A stretch of DNA of 64,000 bases from Saprospiraceae bacterium (GCA_016722295.1 JADKGL010000029.1:147040-211039); one strand, 5' to 3'. Positions 48,138 through 57,043 are shown, counted from the stretch's first letter. Made by a program: numbers and translations. The notes: generated by a model from the letters alone, not told the origin.

Positions 48138-50753
48138 TTATGATTTAACAAGATTATTAATTTTAGAAAGCAATTCCTCCATATCAAAAGGCTTCCCGAT
48201 AAAGTCATTCATTCCAGACTTATAACACAGATCGACTTCTTCTTTGAGTACATTGGCCGTCATCGCAATGATTGGAGTATGTGCTTTTTCACTATGCATA
48301 TTTCTAATGATATGTGTAGCTTCAAATCCATTCATTATTGGCATTTGTATATCCATGAGTATGACATCAAATGTTGAAGATTTCATTTTTTCTACTGCTA
48401 TCAATCCATTCTCTGCAACTTCTACTATCACACCTTCTATGGCATCTTCCAATTCTTCAGTTGCTACTACAATGTTAAAAGCATTGTCTTCTACAAGCAA
48501 GATTCTAATGCCTTTTAGTATTTCTGCTGTGTTAGTATTTACATCTTCCGTTGGTTTTAGTTCTACTTTAATTGCTCCAATTTCATAAGGAATTGTAAAA
48601 TGAAACTGACTGCCTTTACCTTTCACACTTTCTACCCAAATTTTTCCTCCATGCAGTTCTACCAATTTTTTAGAAATACTTAAGCCTAAACCTGTGCCAC
48701 CAAATTTCCTTGTAGTATCGCTGTATGCTTGTTCAAATGATTCAAATATTTTTGCAATACTGCTTTGTTCTATTCCAATACCTGTATCTGAGATGATGAA
48801 ATGAAGATTAAGTTTTTCACCAATTTGCTCCGATTTTATGGTAGTCGTCACCATTCCTTTTTCGGTAAACTTAATTGCATTGCCGATCAAGTTTATGAGT
48901 ATCTGTCTTAACCTAGTGGAATCGCCTAATACAAATAATTCTTCCGTAGGAATTTCTTTCGCAAGTCTTAAACTTTTTTCTTCGGCTTTGAATTGCATGA
49001 TGGTGTGGACATTGTGCACCAATTCATGGATAGAAAATGATACGTGTTCCAACTCCACTTTTCCTGCTTCTATTTTTGAAATATCCAAAATGTCATTGAT
49101 GATGACTAATAAGGAATCGGATGATTGTTTGATGCCTGTCAAATATTCTTTCTGATCATCGTTGGGACTACGTCTGATCAGAATATCCGTCATACCCTTG
49201 ATGGCATTCATGGGAGTACGGATCTCATGGCTCATATTAGCAAGAAACTGATGTTTGGCTTTTTCACTGGCTTCAGCTTTTTGTTTTTCAGCTTCTATGA
49301 TTTCGTTTTTGTGTTGTAATAGTTTCTGAGTTCTTCTGGTATATCGAAGTCTGAAATATAATCCTAATGAAATTAAGCCTGCTACAATACCTAAAAATAG
49401 AATCCAGTTTCGGGTAGACTTTTGTTTATTGAGTTGGCTTTGAAAATCGAGTTTGGATTTTAGTTGTTCTTGAGTGAATTGGTTTTCCAACTCAAGTCTT
49501 GTTGTTTCACTACTGTTTCTCCATACTGCCAATGTGTCTTCAGTCTGTATATGTAACTTATAATTTTTCAGTGCATTATTATAATCTCCAATACCCTCAT
49601 AAGCTTTAGAAAGTATGTCAAAGTTGTCCGAGATTTGCTTATTATACGTATGTTCGGAAACTTTAAAAGAGTGGATTGTTTGTATTGCGTTATTATAATT
49701 TTTAAGACCCAAATAAGCTCTTGCTTTTTCAGAGATAAAAAAGAGATCTCGTACTGCCCACTGATCGTTCTTCTTAACAAAACCTTCAACTTCATTAAGT
49801 TCTTCTAATGCCCCTGAATAGTTACCAGTTAAATTTTTTATTGCAGCGTTATATGTTTTTGCAGTATAATAACAAGGCTCACAGTGTTTAACATTTATCA
49901 TTACATTCATAGAAGAGTCTACATATTTTTGGGCACGTATTTCATCTTTCAATCTCAGCAATAAAACGGATTTGGTAAGATATGAGCCACCTAGATGAAA
50001 AGTATCTTTTAACAAATGACTGGTCTGAAGGCTCTTATCAATGTATTTTTCGGCTTCATTATAATTTCCAATTTGGAGATGAATACTTGCAAGTATTTGG
50101 TTGATAATGCTATATCGAATGTCAATTAAGTTCAATTTTTCTGATAACCGTTGGGATTCTAAGAGAAAGGACAAAGCTTTGGGATACTTTTCATTATCAT
50201 GATACCAAACTCCTATTTCAAGTTTTCCTATTCTTAGCAATTCATTGTCTTTCTTTTCATCCTTTAGTTTAGCTTTATATTTATTGAATTCAATTATAAT
50301 ATCTTCATCTTTAATGTCTTCATTGCATTGGAATTTTAATATACTGTATGCCCAGAAAATGAAATTCAGTTTGGCAGAATTTGATATTTTTGCACTCTCA
50401 ATCGCTTTTTTAGCATTAGTACACATACAATCTGTTTTGCCTTCACAAGTTTCGGCAGACATCGTATAAAATAAAAGTAGATATTCATTTTTTTTATTTT
50501 TTAAGGCGAGTTCAATAGCTTCATTAATTTCAAATTTCCATTTCTCCCACCAAACAGGTATTCCCTCTATATTCTCAAAATTTAGTCTTTCAAAAATAGC
50601 ATCTAACCTATCAATTTCAGATTTAGATTTATCTTTCCAGATGGCATACAGCTCATCGTCTGTTTTGTTTTGACTATAAACGAGTGAAGTGAAAAATATT
50701 CCGAAAGCTATCAGAATGAATTTTAATTTTATATCTGTCAATTGAATCATCAT
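48138..50753 (-). CDS. hybrid sensor histidine kinase/response regulator with about 420-aa TPR-like periplasmic domain
   Basis: 871 aa. Signal/TM, TPR-like repeats (..IGNYNEAEKYIDKSL.., ..LKNYNNAIQTI.., ..IGDYNNALKNYKL..), TM at about aa 449-467, H-box MSHEIRTPMNAI, HATPase (NLIGNAIKFT, DTGIGI, GTGLGLS), C-terminal REC. Confidence 0.9.
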   Translation of the reverse strand: MMIQLTDIKLKFILIAFGIFFTSLVYSQNKTDDELYAIWKDKSKSEIDRLDAIFERLNFENIEGIPVWWEKWKFEINEAIELALKNKKNEYLLLFYTMSAETCEGKTDCMCTNAKKAIESAKISNSAKLNFIFWAYSILKFQCNEDIKDEDIIIEFNKYKAKLKDEKKDNELLRIGKLEIGVWYHDNEKYPKALSFLLESQRLSEKLNLIDIRYSIINQILASIHLQIGNYNEAEKYIDKSLQTSHLLKDTFHLGGSYLTKSVLLLRLKDEIRAQKYVDSSMNVMINVKHCEPCYYTAKTYNAAIKNLTGNYSGALEELNEVEGFVKKNDQWAVRDLFFISEKARAYLGLKNYNNAIQTIHSFKVSEHTYNKQISDNFDILSKAYEGIGDYNNALKNYKLHIQTEDTLAVWRNSSETTRLELENQFTQEQLKSKLDFQSQLNKQKSTRNWILFLGIVAGLISLGLYFRLRYTRRTQKLLQHKNEIIEAEKQKAEASEKAKHQFLANMSHEIRTPMNAIKGMTDILIRRSPNDDQKEYLTGIKQSSDSLLVIINDILDISKIEAGKVELEHVSFSIHELVHNVHTIMQFKAEEKSLRLAKEIPTEELFVLGDSTRLRQILINLIGNAIKFTEKGMVTTTIKSEQIGEKLNLHFIISDTGIGIEQSSIAKIFESFEQAYSDTTRKFGGTGLGLSISKKLVELHGGKIWVESVKGKGSQFHFTIPYEIGAIKVELKPTEDVNTNTAEILKGIRILLVEDNAFNIVVATEELEDAIEGVIVEVAENGLIAVEKMKSSTFDVILMDIQMPIMNGFEATHIIRNMHSEKAHTPIIAMTANVLKEEVDLCYKSGMNDFIGKPFDMEELLSKINNLVKS

Positions 50754-50805
50754 TTTTAATATTGTTCAAAAATAGCGGATAGTAATTGTAAGGTAGATGT
50801 TTAAA

Positions 50806-50837
50806 TTATCAAACGGTCAAATTATTTATCTAACGGT
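50806..50837 (+). promoter_or_regulatory. pair of 12-nt direct repeats TTATCAAACGGT / TTATCTAACGGT, 20 nt start-to-start
   Basis: 50806-50817 and 50826-50837; 53-84 nt upstream of the 871-aa kinase start. Same motif and spacing as at 51395-51426. Confidence 0.45.
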
Positions 50838-50920
50838 TGGTATAAAACCTTCAAGGTTTTCCGTTTTAGCCTAAGAAACTGCTTTTTATCACGGTATGGG
50901 GCAGCATTGACTCAACTTGG

Positions 50921-51316
50921 TTAATGATTTTCACTAAAAGTGAAAAAATCTAAACCTTTAATCTTCACAGCTCTATCACAAGCTATACAAGTACCGTAGT
51001 TATTGAATTCATTGACCAAAATGCGAACGCTTTCTTGTAGTGTAAGAGTGGCATTTGAATGAATATAAAGTTGATTGATCTCGATCATTCCTGTCTTGAT
51101 TATAGGATATTTCTGAGAACCTGTAGATACATTGGGGATAATTACATTATCAAATATATCAGGGATTCTACCTCGGCTCCAATTCTTGCTACAATCCCAT
51201 TTGGATTCTTGTCCTGGTGTTCCGCCTTTCCAGGTATTGATGATTTGTGCAGAAACAGTTTGTGGTAAGAATTGACTCAAAAAAAGGACAACTGAAAATA
51301 CAATTAAATTACGCAT
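50921..51316 (-). CDS. small secreted hypothetical protein
   Basis: 131 aa. Signal peptide MRNLIVFSVVLFLSQFLPQTVSA. No family recognised. Confidence 0.5.
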   Translation of the reverse strand: MRNLIVFSVVLFLSQFLPQTVSAQIINTWKGGTPGQESKWDCSKNWSRGRIPDIFDNVIIPNVSTGSQKYPIIKTGMIEINQLYIHSNATLTLQESVRILVNEFNNYGTCIACDRAVKIKGLDFFTFSENH

Positions 51317-51394
51317 GATTTTAATTTTAATATTGACTAAATATTTTTAACAGAACAAAACTAAGCGCTAATACTAGAGAATACTGCATTTCGT

Positions 51395-51426
51395 TTATCC
51401 AATGGTAGTTGCAATTATCAAACGGT
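51395..51426 (+). promoter_or_regulatory. pair of 12-nt direct repeats TTATCCAATGGT / TTATCAAACGGT, 20 nt start-to-start
   Basis: 51395-51406 and 51415-51426, in the divergent promoter region between the 131-aa gene and the LytTR regulator (113-144 nt upstream of its ATG). Confidence 0.45.
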
Positions 51427-51538
51427 TAAAACTCTTTGATTTTATCATCTAATTGTCTCCTCGAACCATAATCTACTTGAAATATTATGCCTCGATTATA
51501 ATTTGCAATAATGATTTTTTTATACCTTTACTGTACCA

Positions 51539-52288
51539 ATGAAAACCAAGAAACCATTAAAAGCCCTAATAGTGGAAGACAATGTCTTTATGGCAACAGT
51601 TTTACAAGATTTGCTTACCCAATATTCGAGTAAAATAGCTATAATAGACATTGCTAAAACTGGCAATGAAGCACTTAGTCTAATTGCGAAAATAAATCCT
51701 GATGTTATTTTTCTCGACATAGAATTACCTGACATGACTGGATTTGAGCTGCTTCAACAATTAGATAACATCAATTTTCAAACTGTATTTACTACATCAC
51801 ACAGCCACTATGCCATCAAAGCTTTTCGATTCAATGCATTAGATTATCTTATAAAACCAATTAATGAAAGTGAGTTGGATGAAGCCATCAAGAAAATATA
51901 CAAATTTACAAATAATAGTATTGATGTAAAAAATGCTTTATCGAATCTTGACATACAAGCTGTGGAAAACCAAAATTTGGTTTTGCCACAACAAGATGGC
52001 ACTTTAAGATTACCATTAAGGCAGATTACCTATATAGAAGGCGAACGCAATTATAGTTATATTCATCTCTCAAACGGCAGCAAAGAGTTATCTTCAAAAA
52101 ATTTAGCATACTTTGAAGACATACTTGTAGATAAAAATTTCTATAGAACCCATCGTTCATTTCTTGTCAACAAATACCATATTAAAGAATTAATAGAAAG
52201 TCATTTTGTGCTAAACAATAAATTAGAAATACCCATATCAAGAAGAAATGGCACTGAGGCTAAAGCTTGGTTTTTGGGTTTGGAGTAA
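51539..52288 (+). CDS. LytR/AlgR-family response regulator (REC + LytTR DNA-binding domain)
   Basis: 249 aa. ALIVEDN..IFLDIELPDM..LDYLIKP receiver, then the LytTR pattern ..ITYIEGERNYSYIHL....FYRTHRSFLVN. Confidence 0.9.
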   Translation: MKTKKPLKALIVEDNVFMATVLQDLLTQYSSKIAIIDIAKTGNEALSLIAKINPDVIFLDIELPDMTGFELLQQLDNINFQTVFTTSHSHYAIKAFRFNALDYLIKPINESELDEAIKKIYKFTNNSIDVKNALSNLDIQAVENQNLVLPQQDGTLRLPLRQITYIEGERNYSYIHLSNGSKELSSKNLAYFEDILVDKNFYRTHRSFLVNKYHIKELIESHFVLNNKLEIPISRRNGTEAKAWFLGLE

Positions 52289-52293
52289 GTCGC

Positions 52294-52446
52294 ATTTAGG
52301 AGGCTAAAGCCTCTTGACCGACTTATTGGTGCGAGGCTTTAGGTTCTAGCTTAATTTAGGAGGCTAAAGCCTCTTGACCGACTTATTGGTGCGAGGCTTT
52401 AGGTTTAGCCTAATTTAGGAGGCTAAAGCCTCTTGACCGACTTATT
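52294..52446. repeat. 2.6 tandem copies of a 59-60-nt structured unit filling the convergent intergenic region
   Basis: Units start at 52294, 52354 and 52413 (atttaggaggctaaagcctcttgaccgacttattggtgcgaggctttaggtt...). Each has ctaaagcctc pairing with gaggctttag 19 nt downstream (10-bp stem) and an alternative gaggc-taaa-gcctc hairpin. Confidence 0.9.
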
Positions 52447-52449
52447 AAG

Positions 52450-53019
52450 TCATTTATCCATGGAGATTATTTTTGTGTTTATTAAATTATTGAAATTGGT
52501 AATAAAATTATCCAACTGTTTTCTAGTATCAGGATCTGTCAGATTACCTTGATCGTCAATTTTTCCTTTCACACCTTCAATTAACAAAGTCGTTTCGTTT
52601 GTAAAATTCGCCATTGCAGTTTTCATAATTAGTTGCAATTCTTCGTGTCCCTTTTGTCCAATTGCAGAAGCTGTAATAAGTCCACAAGGTTTGTCAGAAA
52701 ATATCGTTGTCGCTATACACCATTCAATTGCATTTTTTAGTCCACTTGGAATACTAAAGACATATTCAGGTGTACATATAATAATTCCGTCTGCTTGGTC
52801 AATGCTGTTTCTAAATTCAATTATATCTATAGGTGGATTGTTCGTTGAAAGTTCTGGGTCAAAATGTGGTAACTTTTTTAGACTGTTGTAAATTGTCAAG
52901 TCGAAAATATCACTTGTTAGATCGGCGATTTTCTCAGCCAATTTTAAATTTGCAGAATGTGAACTCGCACTCCCAATTATTGCTATTATTTTCTTTTTTG
53001 CATTCATTACATTTTTCAT
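52450..53019 (-). CDS. NADPH-dependent FMN reductase-family flavoprotein
   Basis: 189 aa. KIIAIIGSASSHSAN and IICTPEYVFSIPSGLKNAIEW motifs. Confidence 0.8.
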   Translation of the reverse strand: MKNVMNAKKKIIAIIGSASSHSANLKLAEKIADLTSDIFDLTIYNSLKKLPHFDPELSTNNPPIDIIEFRNSIDQADGIIICTPEYVFSIPSGLKNAIEWCIATTIFSDKPCGLITASAIGQKGHEELQLIMKTAMANFTNETTLLIEGVKGKIDDQGNLTDPDTRKQLDNFITNFNNLINTKIISMDK

Positions 53020-53134
53020 TTTTGCTTTGCTTCAATAACTGCAAGATTGTTAATAAGCTTCCATGCATTGTCGATGTCTAATACTAACGAATTATATGAT
53101 ACGAAAAAATTCTCGGAACTTTCTAAACGAAGTT

Positions 53135-54580
53135 TTACCATATGTTATCATTTGACTGTGTTATTAGTTCGAGTTGTTTATTTGAAATCATGTCTTGTGA
53201 ACTAGTTGCCACCTTGTCTTGTGTTTTGACTTTAGAGAGGATTGATTCTAAAAGAGGCAGCATACCATTTAAGTTTTTTGTTTTAATCATAAAATTCCAA
53301 ACTGGCTCAAATTTTTTCCAACCACCACTATAAAAGAAATGTTTTAGTTTGTGTTTATGTGAGTCTTGATTTAGACTTGCTTTAAGAATATTTGGCCAGC
53401 TATAAAACTCCTTGTAGGCCCAATTATAACCATTTTTTAATTCGTCTGATGTGAGATTAATTGTTTTATAAACTACATTTCTTGTGTCGTATAAGTCCCA
53501 ATTTCTAGTTAAAATGCGTCCCTGTTGTTCCATGTCCTTAAATAATTTTGTTCCAGGGTATGGCGTCAATACATGATATGTCGAAGTTGTAAGTGAATTA
53601 TTTACTCCCCAATCAACTGTACGTTTAAATACATCCTTATCATCTTCATCAAGTCCAAATACAAAACTACCGTTTATCATAATTCCGAGTGAATGTAAAC
53701 GATTCACTGCTTTTACATAATCTTTTTCTAAGTTTTGTTTTTTGTTACTTTGTTTCAGATTGGCAGGTGAGAATGTCTCAAAGCCTACAAATAAACTTCG
53801 TAGTCCCGCCTCGGCTGCTTTTTCAATTAAGTTCCCCCGAAGTATTGAGTCAACTGTCGCTGCGCCTTGAAAGACCCTATTCATACCTCTCATCCCTTCA
53901 AAAAGCTCACTAGCAAATTTTGCATTTCCGAGTAAGTGGTCATCAAGAAAGTACAGATGTCTGCCCGGTAGTCTATCGATTTCAGCTAATGCATCATCAA
54001 CTGTTTGAGTATAGAATGTGCGTCCACCTTCAAAAAAGGCATCTTTATAGCAAAAGTCGCAATGGTGAGGACATCCTCTAGTTACTACAATAGAGTTAGG
54101 AACTAAATATCTATTTCTTTTGATTAAATCTCTTCTTATGGGTGGTATTTTTTCCAATGTCCGAATACTAGAACTATATACTTTCTTCGCTGATTTATTT
54201 TTAAAATCTTTGAGGAACTGTGGAAATGTCTCTTCTCCAGGTCCAAGAAAGATTGTGTCTGCGTGAAGTGCTGCTTCTTCAGGAAGTGAGGTTACATGAA
54301 GTCCACCAAGTAAAACATAGGCACCTTTCTTTTTATAATGGTCCGCAATTTGATATGCCCGATATGCATTTGTAATATAAACTTGAATAATAACTAAATC
54401 TGGACTGTCAGTAAGATTTAAATCTTCTACATGTTGGTCTTGCAGATCTATTTCATCGTCGGGGGATAAATAAGCTGCTAAAGTCGCTAGACCTAAAGGT
54501 GGGAATAAGGAATATTTAATCGGTCTCCAAAATGGACTTTCAGCTTCGGCAAGTGCGGGTAATATCATTTTTACTTTCAC
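53135..54580 (-). CDS. B12-binding-domain radical SAM protein
   Basis: 481 aa (GTG start; ATG 4 codons in). N-terminal cobalamin-binding-like domain, radical SAM CxxxCxxC as GCPHHCDFC, long C-terminal extension. Confidence 0.88.
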   Translation of the reverse strand: MKVKMILPALAEAESPFWRPIKYSLFPPLGLATLAAYLSPDDEIDLQDQHVEDLNLTDSPDLVIIQVYITNAYRAYQIADHYKKKGAYVLLGGLHVTSLPEEAALHADTIFLGPGEETFPQFLKDFKNKSAKKVYSSSIRTLEKIPPIRRDLIKRNRYLVPNSIVVTRGCPHHCDFCYKDAFFEGGRTFYTQTVDDALAEIDRLPGRHLYFLDDHLLGNAKFASELFEGMRGMNRVFQGAATVDSILRGNLIEKAAEAGLRSLFVGFETFSPANLKQSNKKQNLEKDYVKAVNRLHSLGIMINGSFVFGLDEDDKDVFKRTVDWGVNNSLTTSTYHVLTPYPGTKLFKDMEQQGRILTRNWDLYDTRNVVYKTINLTSDELKNGYNWAYKEFYSWPNILKASLNQDSHKHKLKHFFYSGGWKKFEPVWNFMIKTKNLNGMLPLLESILSKVKTQDKVATSSQDMISNKQLELITQSNDNIW

Positions 54581-54715
54581 ACATAATTAAACTATTTTTT
54601 GAAAAATTATTTGACTAGTTTTAATCTTTCTGAAAATATTCATCAAGAATGAAATGAAAACAATAGCTAAATCAACAAAAACATGATTATGTTTTATATT
54701 GTATTTGTTCCAAAA

Positions 54716-54853
54716 CTAAGAAGTTTTTATTTGTTGTCCACCATACAGTTGAGCATAGCCTGTAATGCCAGGTTTTTGTTCCCATCTTGCGGAATAGAAA
54801 TCAGTGTTCCAAGCTAGTCCTTCTATATCATAATTTGATATAGCTTTGATAGT
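54716..54853 (-). pseudogene. 45-codon fragment resembling the C-terminal motif of bacterial sugar (polyprenyl-phosphate glycosyl-1-phosphate) transferases
   Basis: My translation TIKAISNYDIEGLAWNTDFYSARWEQKPGITGYAQLYGGQQIKTS*. R-x4-PGITG-x-AQ-x2-G matches the conserved sugar-transferase motif. Bounded by stops, no start. Confidence 0.3.
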
Positions 54854-54890
54854 TTAAAATTTTAATGTTTTGATTTTCGTTTAAAGCTTG

Positions 54891-55934
54891 TTATTTTTTG
54901 TTTTTTTCTTCAAGCTCTAATAAGTATTTTTTTCGCCAAAGACCGCCACCATAACCAGTTAATTGTCCGTCTGAACCAATAACTCTATGACATGGAATTA
55001 AAATAGAAATTCGGTTCATTCCATTTGCATTGGCAACTGCTCTTACACTTTCAGGACTTCCTATTGTTACTGCTTGTTCTTTATATGATTTTGTCATTCC
55101 ATGAGGGATTGATTGCAATGCATTCCACACTTTATTTTGAAAGTCGGTACCCGGTGTATGTATTGGGACAGAAAATTCTTTTCTTAAGCCATTAAAATAT
55201 TCTTGTAATTGAATTTCTAGCATTTCAAAATGTTTATTATTCCCTTGAATAATAGTTGCATTTAAAAGTTTTGCAATTGACTTCAATTCAGTTTCTAACA
55301 TTTTTCTATCCGTAAACTCCAAAAGGCAAATTCCTTGATTGGTAGCACAAGCAAGCATAGTGCCTAATGGCGTTTCAATTCGTTTTAAGTCAATAATATT
55401 TAGTTGTTTTCCATTCTTAGGAGAAACACCGAAAATATTTTTAAAACTGTCGCCAAAACCGCTTAATGATTCAAAGCCCGTATCAAAGGCGGTGTGTGTC
55501 ACACTTCCGCCGTTTTGTATTTTTTTAAATGCCGAATTTATTCTACACATTCTTTGATATGCTTGAAAAGTAATGCCATGATTTTTTACAAACCATCTTC
55601 TTATTTGACTAGGTTCAATTCCTTTTTGTTTTAGGTCATAATCTTTAAATTTTAAGCTTAGATTTTCAGATAGTTCATCAATGATTTTTTGAAATTCGAC
55701 AGGGGTTTGGTTTACGTTTTTTAAAGGATTGCAAACTTTACATGCTCTGTATCCTTTTAGGATGCACTCTTTTGAGGTTTTTAAAAATTCAACATTTTCT
55801 AGTTTTGGTTTTCGTGCTGTGCAAGAAGGCCGACAGAAAATACCAGTAGTTTTAACTGCTGTAAAAAATACACCTTCAAACGAAGTGTCTTTTTCAACAA
55901 TTGCTTTGTACATTATTTCTGTTGTTAATTCCAT
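54891..55934 (-). CDS. ada: bifunctional Ada-type regulator: Zn-finger methylphosphotriester domain, AraC HTH and O6-methylguanine-DNA methyltransferase
   Basis: 347 aa. FCRPSCTARKPK...CKVCNP Cys4 region, AraC-type HTH in the middle, PCHRV active site in the C-terminal domain. Confidence 0.88.
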   Translation of the reverse strand: MELTTEIMYKAIVEKDTSFEGVFFTAVKTTGIFCRPSCTARKPKLENVEFLKTSKECILKGYRACKVCNPLKNVNQTPVEFQKIIDELSENLSLKFKDYDLKQKGIEPSQIRRWFVKNHGITFQAYQRMCRINSAFKKIQNGGSVTHTAFDTGFESLSGFGDSFKNIFGVSPKNGKQLNIIDLKRIETPLGTMLACATNQGICLLEFTDRKMLETELKSIAKLLNATIIQGNNKHFEMLEIQLQEYFNGLRKEFSVPIHTPGTDFQNKVWNALQSIPHGMTKSYKEQAVTIGSPESVRAVANANGMNRISILIPCHRVIGSDGQLTGYGGGLWRKKYLLELEEKNKK

Positions 55935-56336
55935 ATTTTAAGCAGAGCATTAAATGATTGATTAGTCAAAATTGTTTTAGCCATTTCACTTATTTGTTGC
56001 CACAAAGATACCTTTGCTTCTTTTGCCATACAACCGTAAAATTGACAAGTATTTTTATTTGTTGAGTATTGCTGAAAAACAGCAAGTTACAGTAATGGAG
56101 TGGGGGAGCAGGAGTGTAAATGTTGCTGCCATTTTAAATCTGCAATTGATTGCACAAGCTATATACGTCTACCTTGCTTTAGTCATGTAAGCTGCAAAGT
56201 GAATTTACAAGTAAAATGTATGCTACTGTACTCATAGCTAAAACTATTGCGTACATTGTGACTGTAATACTTGTAAAGTGATTCTGTCATTCAAATGTTT
56301 TTTATTGCCCAGCCGATTGTAATGGTTGAGACTTGT

Positions 56337-56834
56337 TTATAAAATTGTCATTGAATATATTGATAATTCTTCATTCTCAACTTTAACCTTGCTTTCAAAC
56401 TCTAAACCAAGTCGTCGAAGTAATTTAATTGAATTTTCATTTTCTGGAACAGTAATGCCAATAATTTTTTTGCATATTTTACTTTTTATTATCTCATTGA
56501 GATACTCCTTGCTGGCTTCAAATGTGTAGCCTTTTTTCTCATACTTAGGCAATAATGCAAAACCTATATCAGGAAATTCGTGATTATCTCTATGTAAGAA
56601 AGTAATTATGCCTATTGGTTCTTTTGTTTCTTTGATTTCAAAGACATTATAATAGTAGTTTTTATTTTCAAGAATTTTTTGGATATAATTTTCTGCGTCT
56701 TGATTATTCCTAATATTTCTATCGCCAATGTATTTTAGCCAGCCATTAGAATTAACTAATGAATATATAAAATTTGCATCTCCAACTGTTATGGGTCTTA
56801 TTAGAAGCCTATCTGTTAGAATCTCTTTGTACAT
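56337..56834 (-). CDS. GNAT-family N-acetyltransferase
   Basis: 165 aa. RLLIRPITVGD N-terminus and the ..KKGYTFEA..KIIGITVPEN.. RimJ/RimL-like pattern. Confidence 0.8.
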   Translation of the reverse strand: MYKEILTDRLLIRPITVGDANFIYSLVNSNGWLKYIGDRNIRNNQDAENYIQKILENKNYYYNVFEIKETKEPIGIITFLHRDNHEFPDIGFALLPKYEKKGYTFEASKEYLNEIIKSKICKKIIGITVPENENSIKLLRRLGLEFESKVKVENEELSIYSMTIL

Positions 56835-57043
56835 TATTTTTTTTAGTTTCTTGTTTGTTTGTGATGAATTTGAGCTAGTTTTTCGTCAAACTATTTTTCA
56901 TATTAACGATATTTGACTTTGTGAAGTTGTGGTTTTTTACACTATTGTTCAATAGAGAAGCGAAAATTAAATCTTTCACAAATGTTGAATAAATCTTTGT
57001 AACTGAGTTTTTGGCAATAGTTAGTGGTTCGTTGTGTTTTTCA

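Noticed and set aside
52294-52446. Possible CRISPR array
   Set aside because: The units are contiguous with no unique spacers, the period is 59-60 nt, there are only 2.6 copies, and there are no cas genes in the window. It is a tandem repeat, not a CRISPR.
56003-56010. Bacteroidota-type -7 promoter motif TAnnTTTG (TATCTTTG on the minus strand) about 70 nt upstream of ada; a similar TAATTTTG at 35602-35609
   Set aside because: In DNA this AT-rich the 6 fixed positions are expected by chance roughly once per 1-2 kb per strand. Without a -33 element or transcription-start data I cannot support promoter calls.
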